The notes: generated from the letters alone by a model not told the origin. DNA of 64,000 nucleotides from an uncultured Gemmatimonadales bacterium (GCA_963779755.1 CAVZZO010000001.1:576001-640000); one strand, 5' to 3'. Positions 35,762 to 45,616 are shown, counted from the stretch's first letter. A program made the numbers and translations.

Positions 35762-36892
35762 CTATGCCTTCCGCCCCACCAGGCGCCAGAACTGCGCCTC
35801 CCCGATGATCGTTACCCGGTGGCCCTTGGCGGCCAGTCGCCTGATTTCCAGCAGCTTGGTCCCGCCGTCCTTCCCCGCCACCTGGAGCGCGTTGGGGCGG
35901 CCCCGCACCAGGATATCGGTGGATGGGCCCAGCGACGACTGCGCCGTCGCGCCGGCGCGGCGCGCCGCCTTGATGGCCTCGCTGCGCGGCAGCTTGAGGA
36001 AGCCGGTGAAGGCGATCCGCCTGCCCTTGAGGCTCCGCACCCGGCCCGTGGCCAGCTCCTTGGGCCGGTGACGCAGCGCCGTAATCAGCTCGCCGGCCGA
36101 TTCGTAGCGCTTGCCCCGCGCGCCCAGGCAGCGGTGAATGACTTCCTTCAGGTGATCGCTGCAGGGCAGCTTGCGGACGTCTTTGCTCCGCATGGGGCTG
36201 TGGATGTCGCCCCGGAGCAGCATGGCGATCAGTTGCCCCACCTGGTAGACGTCGTCCTTCTGCTGCCACTTCCGCACCTTGCCCCAGGCGATCTCGGTGG
36301 GCGCGTTGAGCGGATTGAAGGCATCGGCGGTCACGCCGCGGCTGTTGGCCTGGTGCGCGGCGATGCCGAAGTCGCCCAGCTTCAGGATCTCATTCTCGCA
36401 GACGAACACATTGAACGGCGTCAGGTCCCGGTGCATCGCCTGGCCCCGGTGCAGCACATCGAGCGTCTTGAGGATGGCCGCGATCTCCTGGCGCACAAAG
36501 CGCTCCGTCCGCGCGCCCTTGGCCTCCAGCCAGGCGCCCAGGTCGCCGTGCTCGGCGTACTCCATCACCAGGCAGTAGCGCATCCGGGCGGGCTCGGGCT
36601 CCACGAAGCGATCGAACACCCGGAGCGCGCGGGCCTTCCCCGCCAGTAGCTGGGCGAAATAGGCCTCGCGCACCCAGCCGGCGATGGCGTAGCTGATCTT
36701 GACGCACACCCGCGGCGGCAGCCCCCGCGCCGGTACCGGCGTGGCGAGGTAGATCTCCCCGAAGCCGCCTTTGCCGATCAGGCTGTCCAGCTGATAACTC
36801 CGGCCCGTCTCGCTGCTGTAGACGGGGGGCAGCGCGGGGCGCGGCACCTCGGCGAGTGGCGCGGGCTGAAGGCGACGGCGCGCGGTGGGCAT
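35762..36892 (-). CDS. Hanks-type Ser/Thr protein kinase with C-terminal BRCT domain
   Basis: GKGGFG, VCVK, VMEY, HRDL, DFG, DVYQ; BRCT-like GRRIAFTG..RSEA..GA..TDILVRG..K..IIGEAQFW. Confidence 0.88.
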   Translation of the reverse strand: MPTARRRLQPAPLAEVPRPALPPVYSSETGRSYQLDSLIGKGGFGEIYLATPVPARGLPPRVCVKISYAIAGWVREAYFAQLLAGKARALRVFDRFVEPEPARMRYCLVMEYAEHGDLGAWLEAKGARTERFVRQEIAAILKTLDVLHRGQAMHRDLTPFNVFVCENEILKLGDFGIAAHQANSRGVTADAFNPLNAPTEIAWGKVRKWQQKDDVYQVGQLIAMLLRGDIHSPMRSKDVRKLPCSDHLKEVIHRCLGARGKRYESAGELITALRHRPKELATGRVRSLKGRRIAFTGFLKLPRSEAIKAARRAGATAQSSLGPSTDILVRGRPNALQVAGKDGGTKLLEIRRLAAKGHRVTIIGEAQFWRLVGRKA

Positions 36893-37026
36893 GGGTGGTA
36901 AAATGGGGGACGGCCGGCGGTCTCACAATCGGGTGCCAGCCTGCCGTGCACCCATCGCCCGGCCGGGCGTCTCCAGAACCGAACCGATCCTCACCCTTCC
37001 TCTCCTCTCGACCCCGGAGCGCAGCG

Positions 37027-37494
37027 ATGACCCCGAAGCCGAGCCCCGCCCGCTGGGTAGTGCTGGGCGGCCTGGTGGCAGGTGCCTTTGACATCACCTA
37101 CGCCGGAGTCTTCTGGTGGATCAAGGCGGACGTGCCGGTCCGGCGGATCTTCCAGTCGGTGGCGTCGGGGCTGCTCGGGAAGGCCAGCTTCGAGGGTGGG
37201 TGGGCGACCGCCATCCTCGGCCTGGGCCTGCATTTCCTGATCGCGGTATCCATGTCGACGGCCTACTACCTGGTGTCGTTGCGCTGGGAGGCACTCTGGC
37301 GGCGGCCGCTGGCCTTCGGCCCCCTGTACGGTGTGCTCCTCTACGGCATCATGTACTACGTGGTCGTTCCGCTCTCCCGCGCCGCCGGCAGCCGGCCCGG
37401 CAACAACCTGTGGACCTGGATGAGTATCGCGGTGCACATGTTCCTGATCGCCACCCCCATGGCACTGGCGACGGCGAGGGCGCATCGCGAGTAG
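37027..37494 (+). CDS. Four-TM hypothetical membrane protein
   Basis: GGLVAGAFDI, FQSVASGLLG, LHF, VHM. Confidence 0.8.
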   Translation: MTPKPSPARWVVLGGLVAGAFDITYAGVFWWIKADVPVRRIFQSVASGLLGKASFEGGWATAILGLGLHFLIAVSMSTAYYLVSLRWEALWRRPLAFGPLYGVLLYGIMYYVVVPLSRAAGSRPGNNLWTWMSIAVHMFLIATPMALATARAHRE

Positions 37495-37500
37495 AGAGAG

Positions 37501-37593
37501 GGGACAGGGACAGGGGACAAGGGAGAAGGGACAAGGGACAGGGGATCTCTGTGCACGCCGTCCCTTGTCCCTTGTCCCTTGTCCCCCGTCCTT
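37501..37593. repeat. Inverted heptamer arrays (GGGACA[AG])n ... (GTCCCTT)n forming a long hairpin
   Basis: About 6 forward units, 15-nt loop, about 5 reverse units. Confidence 0.85.
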
Positions 37594-37643
37594 CATACAA
37601 TCCTGTTGCCGGCTGCCCCGTTTCCACCCGACCCGAGGTTTCC

Positions 37644-38024
37644 ATGCAGTTCATGCTGCTGATCTATACCGATCCTGCGCTGATGGATTCGCTCTCCGAG
37701 TCCACCGCCGACGGCATGATGCGCGACTGCTTCGCGCATACCGATGTCCTGAAGCGCGATGGGCAGTTGTACGAATCGCAGATGCTCCAGGCCCCGTCCA
37801 CCGCCAGGTCGGTGCGGATCCGCGACGGACGGCCCAGCGTCGTGGACGGCCCCTACGCCGAGGCCAAGGAGGTGCTCGGCGGCTTCAACCTGATCGAGGC
37901 GGACAGCATGGAGGAGGCGGTTCAGATCGCCCTGCACTTCCCCTGGGCCCGCACCGGATGCGTCGAGGTGCGTCCGGTCGAGGACATCGAGGCGGTACGA
38001 CAGCGGGTGACCCGCCACTCGTAA
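37644..38024 (+). CDS. YciI/DGPF family protein
   Basis: MQFMLLIY, DGPYAEAKEVLGGF, VEVRP. Confidence 0.92.
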   Translation: MQFMLLIYTDPALMDSLSESTADGMMRDCFAHTDVLKRDGQLYESQMLQAPSTARSVRIRDGRPSVVDGPYAEAKEVLGGFNLIEADSMEEAVQIALHFPWARTGCVEVRPVEDIEAVRQRVTRHS

Positions 38025-38094
38025 GTGCGGGTGCCGCCGGTGCTGGTCTACACGAGTGGGATGGCCGGCCGGACTTCGTGGAAGCCGGCGCCTG

Positions 38095-38637
38095 TCAGGA
38101 ACGCCCGGCCTGTTTTCGTCCCTCCACCGCCATGTAGGTCACGGTATCCCAGGCATTGTGGATCCCGTCCGCCAGGAGCAGCAGCGCCATGGCGCCGATG
38201 GTAAAGAGGGCGGGCCCGGGATGGAACGGCAGCAGGATGGCACCTATGGTGATGACCACATATGCCACCAGAGGAATGATCACGTGCCAGATCCAGTCCT
38301 CCAGCACCGGCCGGTATCCGGTAGTCCGGCGCGCGCGCCGGGCGACGATCAGCGTGTATATCAGGCCGCCCAATCCGGCGGCACCCATGATCGTCGCCAC
38401 GCTGGCCAGCCGGTGCCAGGGCGCCAGGATTGCGGCCGACAGGAACAGCACCATGCAGAAATGGACCACGGTTGGCGTGCCGAAGGCGTTCACCTCGGTC
38501 AGCGACCCGGGGGGATGAACCTCGGCGCCCAGCGTGATGACCACGAACTGCAGCCCCAGCAGCACCGCGGCGGACGGGCCGACGATAAGATAGAACGATT
38601 CCCACGCGGTGATGGCTGTCAGCATGCCCTGGTCCAT
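38095..38637 (-). CDS. Hypothetical membrane protein
   Basis: WESFY..GLQFV, TPTVVHF, EDWIWH, GIHNAWD. Confidence 0.8.
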   Translation of the reverse strand: MDQGMLTAITAWESFYLIVGPSAAVLLGLQFVVITLGAEVHPPGSLTEVNAFGTPTVVHFCMVLFLSAAILAPWHRLASVATIMGAAGLGGLIYTLIVARRARRTTGYRPVLEDWIWHVIIPLVAYVVITIGAILLPFHPGPALFTIGAMALLLLADGIHNAWDTVTYMAVEGRKQAGRS

Positions 38638-38713
38638 GGGTGGTTCTCCGGTCAAGCGGACGTGGTCGTCTCTCCCCTGAGCCAGCCCCGTCCGGGGTGG
38701 CAATGCGGCCTGT

Positions 38714-39073
38714 CTACATATCCTCCACCGGCCGGACCTCGCACACCCCGTCGAACGCCGGCCAGTGCACCCGGTGCAGCTCCATGAACCGCCGCGCTAC
38801 CTCCCGGGCCTTCTCATCGGACTCCACCTCCACCAGCGCGTACCCGCCCACCAGCTCCTTGGCCTCGGTGAAGGGGCCGTCGGTGACCGTCAGCCTGCCG
38901 CCGCTGGAGCGCACCCGGAATCCGCTGGCCGATTCCTTGAGCCCGGCGGTGTCCTTGAGCCAGCCGCCGGCGAACCCCTCGTTGACGAATTCGCCCATCG
39001 CATCCAGCAGCCCCTGGGGGATGGGCTGGGAGCGGTAGGTTTCGGAATGCTCGATCAGCATCAGGTATTTCAT
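38714..39073 (-). CDS. YciI/DGPF family protein
   Basis: MKYLML, TDGPFTEAKELVGGY, EVRP. Confidence 0.92.
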   Translation of the reverse strand: MKYLMLIEHSETYRSQPIPQGLLDAMGEFVNEGFAGGWLKDTAGLKESASGFRVRSSGGRLTVTDGPFTEAKELVGGYALVEVESDEKAREVARRFMELHRVHWPAFDGVCEVRPVEDM

Positions 39074-39167
39074 GGTCCAATCTCCTTTCGGGCAATCGCT
39101 TGCCCCGCCGTCAGTCAGGTGAGAGTGCGGCCCCACACTCGGTGCCGCTCCCGGTTTTCTCTCCCAC

Positions 39168-39194
39168 GTCGATCGGGGCGGGGGGGAATCGACA
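39168..39194 (-). promoter_or_regulatory. ECF42-like promoter TGTCGA-N17-CGAC
   Basis: Upstream of a DGPF gene; resembles the ECF42 consensus. Confidence 0.6.
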
Positions 39195-39316
39195 GCCGGC
39201 GGATCACCGGTCTCACGCCTTACGTCCCACCCGCCCGCGGGGCACGGGCGAGCGAGGCAGACACCGGGCGGGCCCGGCGCGACAGGACCACAGCTGCCGC
39301 TGCCTCGAGCGCCGGA

Positions 39317-39868
39317 TCAACCAGATCGAGGCACCTCGTAGTGCAGCTCGGCGAACCCGGTGCCCACCGCCCGCACCGAGACCAGCCGAAGCGGCGGGCT
39401 GGTGATGGTCCTGGGCAGGAGGGGCTTCCCTGCGCCCAGGGTCACCGATCCGATCTGGATATACAGCTCATCCAGCAGACCCTGATCGTGGAACTGACCC
39501 GCCAGATCGCCGCCGCCCACGATCCAGACGTTCTTGCCGCCCGCGGCAGCCATCATTTCCCGGTGTACCGGACGCACATCGCCACGTACGAACCGGATGT
39601 CGGCACCAGGCACCGGCGGCAGCCGGCGGGAGGTGAACACCCAGAGGGGCTGCTGGTAAGGCCAGGGCCTGGGATCGGCTCCACTCACGACATGGCGCAG
39701 CATCCACTCGTACGTGGTGGAACCCATGGCCAGGGCCCCGACGTGCCGAATGAACTCGGGATAACTCGTATCCTCGATATTCCCGAGCGGGAAGAGCCAC
39801 TCCAGGGAATCGTCGGTAGTGGCGATGAACCCGTCCAGGCTCGCCGCGGTGTAGTATTGGGTCTTCAT
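39317..39868 (-). CDS. Dihydrofolate reductase/RibD C-terminal family protein
   Basis: ASLDGFIA, MGSTTYEW, VWIVGGG, LGAGKPL. Confidence 0.9.
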   Translation of the reverse strand: MKTQYYTAASLDGFIATTDDSLEWLFPLGNIEDTSYPEFIRHVGALAMGSTTYEWMLRHVVSGADPRPWPYQQPLWVFTSRRLPPVPGADIRFVRGDVRPVHREMMAAAGGKNVWIVGGGDLAGQFHDQGLLDELYIQIGSVTLGAGKPLLPRTITSPPLRLVSVRAVGTGFAELHYEVPRSG

Positions 39869-39987
39869 GACGGCCAACCTACGAGCGCGGGATCGGAGAG
39901 GCCAGCCCCCCGGCCCGCACGGAGGCGTGCGATGCGCCGGCGTGTGGCAGCCCCACCCCCTGAGCCTCAGGCTGGACAGGATCGAGC

Positions 39988-40757
39988 ATGCGACCCTTCG
40001 CCGACCATCTGGAACTGACAGGGGTGCGTTTCGACGGTTCAGGCCGCCGGTTCGGCCAGGCCGCGGCACCGGGGCGGTTGCGAGCCGCCGGTCTGTCCCG
40101 GACCCTCCCGGGGGCGCGCCTTACGTCCGACATCATCGTGTCCCGTCCCGACCCCGCCCGGGGAATTCAGGCCGGCTTCGTGAATGAACGGGCGCTGCTC
40201 GAAATGGTGGAAGCCGTCTATGGCCGGGTGCGTGAGACCGTGGAACATGGTCGCTTCCCGCTCCTGTACGGCGCCGACTGCGCCGTGCTGCTCGGCGCCG
40301 TACCGGCGATCCGGGATGTCGGCGGTACCGCGGCGCTCCTGTTCGTCGACGGCCATGAAGACGCGACCACCATGGAACAGTCGGCCACCGGCGAGGCCGC
40401 GAACATGGAAATCGCGCTGCTGGTGGGCATGACCGGTGAGCACGCGCCGCAGGCGATGCGGGATCGCTTGCCGGCGCTGGCGCCTGATGCGGTGGAAATG
40501 CTGGGTCAGCGCGATGCCGGGTACCGGCAACGGATCGGGGTGCCCAGCGTCGGCGATCGTATCCGCCTCCATGGCGCGGAGGAGCTCCGCGGGGCCCGGG
40601 ACTGACCTGGGCGCAGCTCACGGCCCTGACCTCGGCCGTGGTACGGGCGGATGGCTGCCGCGGCTGGAGTCTCGGTGTGTACAATGCCGACCTGGATCCC
40701 GATGGCGCGGCGGCGGAACGGATCGTCGCCTACCTCGGCGAGGTAGCGGGCAGCTAG
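39988..40757 (+). pseudogene. Arginase-family gene with an internal out-of-frame deletion
   Basis: GADC and DGHED motifs; C-terminus PGLTWAQL..YNADLDP in another frame from 40596; second DxD motif absent. Confidence 0.8.
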
Positions 40758-40872
40758 CTCCCCGCCGGCTTCAACGACTGGAGACCGCTGCCCCCGGGGA
40801 TCGAAATGCCGCGCGGCTTTCGGGTATGGCTCCTGCCGAAGATCTCGCAGGGCCCAGGCCGCCTCCGGGGTC

Positions 40873-42471
40873 CTATGGTCTCGCCGGCGCCACGAACCGC
40901 CGCGACTGCCGCTCGTAGGCATGCGCATACGCCAGCACCCGCGCATCCTCTCCCGGCATGCCCACCACCGAGAGATTGAGCGCCGGCATGCCGTCGGACC
41001 CCATTCCGGCCGGGACCGACACCTCCGGCAGCCCCAGCCAGTTGCCATAGCCCAGGGGAGTCCGCACATCGGGCCAGCCGTCGGCCACCCTGAAGGCGTT
41101 GAACGGCATGGTGGGATAGACCATGGCCGAAACGCCGGCCACGCGGAGCGACGTGCCCAGCGCCACCAGGATGGCCGCGCGCGACTTCGCGAAGGACTGC
41201 CCCGCCGGATCCTCCGCCATCGGCCGGTGGAAGAGCGGCTCGCACTCCTCGAAGGTCTTGGGCAGCACGTTGTAGAACGTCTGGTAGGCGGGATAGCCCG
41301 TGCGAATGGCATCGAGCGGGTCGGCGGTGCGGCCCTTGAAATAGAGATAGAGCGCGTTGGCCGTGGGCGGCGGCGACCAGGACTCCACCGGCACGTCGCC
41401 CCGCTCCTTCGCCGCCTCGGCGAAATACTTCCGCACGTTCCACAGCGTGGCCGCCGGAGTGACCGGCACCACCTCGGCCCCGGCGGCCCGCAGGTCGCCC
41501 ACGGCGCGACCCCAGACCGAGACCGCCTCCGGCGTCATCTGGTCGCGCGGTACGTGCGCCTCGACCAGGCCCAGCCGCACGCCCTGCAGCGCATCGTCGC
41601 GCAGGCGGGCGAGTGGCGCGCCGTTGAACGGCGTGGTGAGGGCCAGCGGATCGGACCGATCCGGGCCCGCCATGGCCGCCAGCACCAGCGCGGCGTCGGC
41701 CACGTAGCGCGCCAGCGAGCCGTGGGTGTCGAGATAGGGCCAGGTGGGGATGACCCCTGTGCGGGGCACCAGGCCGAAGGTCGGCTTGATGCCCACCACA
41801 CCGGTGCACTGCGCCGGAATCCGGTTGCTGCCGCCGTCGTCGGTGCCCAGCGCGCCGAAGGCCATCCCGCCCGCCACCGCCACCGCCGAGCCGGCGCTGG
41901 ACCCGCCGGGGGTGCGGGTGCCGGAGGGATCGTGCGGGTTCAGCACCTGCCCGGTGTAACTGCTGGTGCCGCTCCCGTGAAAGGCGAAATCATCGGCGGC
42001 GGTCTTGCCCAGGATGATAGCGCCCGCGGCGCGGAGCCGGCTTACCTCTATTGCATCCCGCTTCACCGGCTCCGGGAACAACCGCGCCCACTCCGCGCTG
42101 GAGCCGGTGGTGGGGAGGCCGGTGACATCGTAGATCGCCTTGGCAAAGACGGGGACGCCGTCGAGCGGGCCGCGGAGCTGTCCTTTGCGGCGGCGTTCAT
42201 CCGCCGCGCGCGCCTCGGCCATGGCGGCCGGTTCCGCCAGGGCGTCGATGGCGTGCCACGCCTTGCCGTCGATCCGGCAGCGCTCCAGGGCGCGCTGGGT
42301 GACCTCGGCGGCGGTCCAGTCGCCGCGCCGGAAACCGGCCGCATAGCCGGCGATGGTGCCGTCGAGCGGGTCGGAAGAGGCCTTGCCGCGGGCCCAGGCG
42401 TCGCGGGGAAGGGCCGTCATGGCGGCGAGGGCGGCGAGCTGGGCAAGGGCTTCGCGACGGGTGGGGGGCAT
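40873..42471 (-). CDS. Tat-exported amidase-signature family protein
   Basis: TRREAL twin-Arg; GPLDGVPVFAK, GGSSAGS, GTDDGGSNRIPA. Confidence 0.9.
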   Translation of the reverse strand: MPPTRREALAQLAALAAMTALPRDAWARGKASSDPLDGTIAGYAAGFRRGDWTAAEVTQRALERCRIDGKAWHAIDALAEPAAMAEARAADERRRKGQLRGPLDGVPVFAKAIYDVTGLPTTGSSAEWARLFPEPVKRDAIEVSRLRAAGAIILGKTAADDFAFHGSGTSSYTGQVLNPHDPSGTRTPGGSSAGSAVAVAGGMAFGALGTDDGGSNRIPAQCTGVVGIKPTFGLVPRTGVIPTWPYLDTHGSLARYVADAALVLAAMAGPDRSDPLALTTPFNGAPLARLRDDALQGVRLGLVEAHVPRDQMTPEAVSVWGRAVGDLRAAGAEVVPVTPAATLWNVRKYFAEAAKERGDVPVESWSPPPTANALYLYFKGRTADPLDAIRTGYPAYQTFYNVLPKTFEECEPLFHRPMAEDPAGQSFAKSRAAILVALGTSLRVAGVSAMVYPTMPFNAFRVADGWPDVRTPLGYGNWLGLPEVSVPAGMGSDGMPALNLSVVGMPGEDARVLAYAHAYERQSRRFVAPARP

Positions 42472-42480
42472 GGGAAGGGG

Positions 42481-42501
42481 TGAGAAGTGAGAAGTGAGAA
42501 G
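42481..42501. repeat. Heptamer repeat (TGAGAAG)x3
   Basis: tgagaag tgagaag tgagaag. Confidence 0.7.
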
Positions 42502-42563
42502 TATAGTCATTGCGAGGGCGCGCACTTTCGACAGTCGTTGCGAGAGCGCGCAGCGTCCAGGGC

Positions 42564-44036
42564 TCACCGCACTTGAGCTTCGATCCGGGACCTTACTTCC
42601 CCCAGTATACCGAGCACGTCCTGGAGCGTCGTGCCGGCCCGGCTGTTAAAGGTCGCGAGCGGCCGCTCGCGCAGGGGGAGGTCGAGCCGAACCGAGGCGG
42701 TGTACAGCGCATCGAGCAGCGCCATTGTCTTGCCCGGCATCTCTGCGCCGACCTCGCGGCCGGCATCCACGAGCGCGCAGACGACCCCGACGCGGGCGGC
42801 GCCGGCGGGGCAGGGCCGCGACGGGTCCGGATCCTCGTGCGGATTCCAGACGCCAGGCCTTGAGAGTCGGGCGATGGCCCGGTCGATGATGGTGAGATCC
42901 TGGGGGGAGTACGTGAGGTCGGGTCGCCGGCAGGCGCCGCAGTCGACGTTCGGGACGGTGTCGCCGGCGACGAGAGCGGCGAACCAGTCGCGAAAGCGGT
43001 GGCCGTCGCTCACATACGCATAGAACACCGGGTCGCCCATTACCGTGTGGATCTCACCCCCGACCAGGAACGAGCGGAAGGACGGCACGGCCGCCCTGAT
43101 CCGCTGGTGGTCCTGCCGAATGAATGCGGCGACGTCCGGATCCTTCGTCCCGGCGAGTTCCAGGTAGGCGCGCTGCACGTAGTCGTAGGCGGCGTCTACC
43201 TGGTAGAAGCGGACGCGGGAAGCGGCACGAGCCGCGTCGATGTAGAGGCCGGGGACGCCGCCCTTCTCGTAGCCTTCCCACCCGGGCCACCGCCGAATGA
43301 CATCCGGAATGCCCCAGCGCTCCTGGTCCGCGCCCGCCATGCCTTCCCTGGTATAGGCGCTGGCCGCGTCGCCCAGTGCGACGACGCTGGCCTCCGGATA
43401 ATGCCGGGCGATGAGGCTCGCGTAGAAGGGCGTCGCGACGCCGCCGGCGCTGGAACCGGAGACGATGACCTGCCGCGGCGCAGGGTAGTTCGCGTAGACC
43501 CAGTGCAGCACCGCCTCCACGTTCCTCTGCCCGCGGTGGTGAATGCGGATCGTGTGGGCACCGCGGTTGTCGCTGTAGTTGTAGGTGGTGTCCACGTCAC
43601 CGAGATGCGTGTCGCCGGTGCAATAGCTGACGAAGACCATCGAATACCCGGCGACCGGGTTCTCCGGGTTGTCGAACGCGAAGATACCCTCCGATGGGCC
43701 GGCTCCCGGCGCTTGGCTCTCGTAGGTCGGCTTGGCGTCCGGGTCGCAGTTCTCGCCGGTCCAGCAGGCGCCGCCGCCGCTGAAGAAGACCAGCAGCCGG
43801 TCCACCGACGCCGGCCGCACGAAGAAGCGGTATTCGGCCCCTCTCGCGCATGTGGTTGAGTCGTCCGGCGCGATGGTGTTCCAGCCGTCGTGCAACTGGG
43901 CCAGTGCCGGCAGCTCCGCGGCGGTCTTCGCTGCCCGGGAATCGGCCGCGGAAGCCGGCTGCTGGGCGGTCGCGGGACTATGCAGGAGGATGGAGAAGAG
44001 GAAAGTGGCGGTGCAGGTGAGGCAGCGGGGGGGCAT
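42564..44036 (-). CDS. Pectin acetylesterase/Notum-family hydrolase with an extra C-terminal domain
   Basis: FFSGGGACW, YCTGDTHLG, GSSAGG; about 110-aa C-terminal extension. Confidence 0.85.
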   Translation of the reverse strand: MPPRCLTCTATFLFSILLHSPATAQQPASAADSRAAKTAAELPALAQLHDGWNTIAPDDSTTCARGAEYRFFVRPASVDRLLVFFSGGGACWTGENCDPDAKPTYESQAPGAGPSEGIFAFDNPENPVAGYSMVFVSYCTGDTHLGDVDTTYNYSDNRGAHTIRIHHRGQRNVEAVLHWVYANYPAPRQVIVSGSSAGGVATPFYASLIARHYPEASVVALGDAASAYTREGMAGADQERWGIPDVIRRWPGWEGYEKGGVPGLYIDAARAASRVRFYQVDAAYDYVQRAYLELAGTKDPDVAAFIRQDHQRIRAAVPSFRSFLVGGEIHTVMGDPVFYAYVSDGHRFRDWFAALVAGDTVPNVDCGACRRPDLTYSPQDLTIIDRAIARLSRPGVWNPHEDPDPSRPCPAGAARVGVVCALVDAGREVGAEMPGKTMALLDALYTASVRLDLPLRERPLATFNSRAGTTLQDVLGILGEVRSRIEAQVR

Positions 44037-44227
44037 GAGGTCGGGCCTCGCATTGAGGGACTGGCAATAATTGTCCCCGCGTTGGCTGGTCGCAACCCGG
44101 CCCTTCGCGACAACGCCCGTGGCGATCGGGTTTGCTTCCGCGACTTGGCCCCTGTCTCCTTCGTATCGGGAAGGGAACCACCCTGGGGAGCTACCGCGGT
44201 CCCGGGCTCCGCGCGCCGGGGCGCCGT

Positions 44228-44262
44228 TTGACAAACTCGTCCTTACTTTGTATCATAAAGTA
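44228..44262 (+). promoter_or_regulatory. Sigma70 promoter TTGACA-N17-TATCAT with overlapping operator TACTTT-N7-AAAGTA
   Basis: Read directly; AT-rich island; GAGGAGG SD downstream. Confidence 0.8.
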
Positions 44263-44293
44263 CTTCAAACACCCCACCTCTTGAGGAGGAAGC

Positions 44294-44530
44294 ATGGCTC
44301 GCGTCTGGTTCCGGGCCTGGGGTTGGGTCTACCGGCCTGCCTCGTGGCAGGGCTTCCTGTTGCTGGTACTGACGGCGGTGTTCTGTGCTCAGGTCTTTCT
44401 GGCGGTTGACCGGCATTCCCATTCGGCGAGCGACACGCTCTACGGCATCTTTCCCTATGTGGTGCCGGCGCTGATGCTGCTGAACTGGGTTGCCTCCAAG
44501 ACGAGCACAGCCCGGAGTCAGTCCGCCTGA
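44294..44530 (+). CDS. Small two-TM membrane protein
   Basis: WF..WGW.Y.PASWQG, DRHSHSASDTL; strong promoter and SD. Confidence 0.8.
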   Translation: MARVWFRAWGWVYRPASWQGFLLLVLTAVFCAQVFLAVDRHSHSASDTLYGIFPYVVPALMLLNWVASKTSTARSQSA

Positions 44531-44534
44531 GCTG

Positions 44535-45590
44535 TGCGATCGTCCGGCGCGTGGGGATGTCTCCGCCCGCGCGACCAGACTCAGGAATTGATCCACAGAT
44601 TACGCAGATTGCTCCTCAGCCCTGCCGTCTCCCGGCGAAGCCTTGCCGGTCACCACAACAACGCGGCTTTCTGCTTCATTCTGTTCTGCGGCTGTTTCGG
44701 CGCCTGGTCCGCTGAGGGAGTGAATCTGTGTGAATCGGTGTAATCTGTGGATCCCAGTTAACGATCGTCCGGCGCGTGGCCCTGCCGTCTCCCGGCGGAG
44801 CCTTGCCGGCCGCCACAACGCACCACGGCTGGCTTGACTGCCAAACAGCTCTTGCCGCGGAGCGCGGCCTGCTGACGGAGTCCATCTGCGTAATCTGCGT
44901 AATCTGCGGATGTCAGTTGCCGATCTTTCGGCGCGTTGAGGTGTCACCACCAGCGCGACCGGGATTCAGATCCACAGATTACACAGATGACAGAGATTGC
45001 TCTTCGGTCCCGCCGTCTCCCCTGAGGCCTGGCGCGCTTCCAGCACTCCCCGGAATCAATCGGTGTAATCTGTGGATTTCCTCGAAACTTCCGAGGAGTT
45101 GAGATGTCTCCACCAGCGCGACCGGGATTCAGGATCCGCAGATTACACAGATGACAGAGATTGCTCTTCGGTTCCGCCGTCTCCCCTGAGGCCTGGCGCG
45201 CTTCCAGCACTCCCCGGAATCAATCGGTGTAATCTGTGGATTTCCTCGAAACTTCCGAGGAGTTGAGATGTCTCCACCAGCGCGACCGGGATTCAGGATC
45301 CGCAGATTACACAGATGACAGAGATTGCTCTTCGGTCCCGCCGTCTCCCGTGAGGCCTGGCGCGCTTCCAGCATTCTCCGGAATCAATCGGTGTAATCTG
45401 TGGACTTTACGACCATTCCGCCGCGTTGAGGTGTCACCACCAGCGCGACCGGGATTCAGATCCACAGATTACACAGATGACAGAGATTGCTCTTCGGTCC
45501 CGCCGTCTCCCCTGAGGCCTGGCGCGCTTCCAAGCACTCCCCGGAATCCAATCGGTGTAATCTGTGGACTTGACGATCTTCCGGGGTCGG
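44535..45590. repeat. Tandem array of ~164-bp CAGATTAC inverted-arm elements (REPIN/BIME-like satellite)
   Basis: Left arms at 44971, 45135, 45299 and 45461 (periods 164, 164, 162); two diverged units at 44535-44910. Confidence 0.92.
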
Positions 45591-45616
45591 GACCTGCCCG
45601 CGATGATCCCTGCCGC

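Noticed and set aside
44535..45590. CRISPR array
   Set aside because: Units are ~164 bp with near-identical interiors rather than 23-50 bp repeats with unique spacers; no cas genes.
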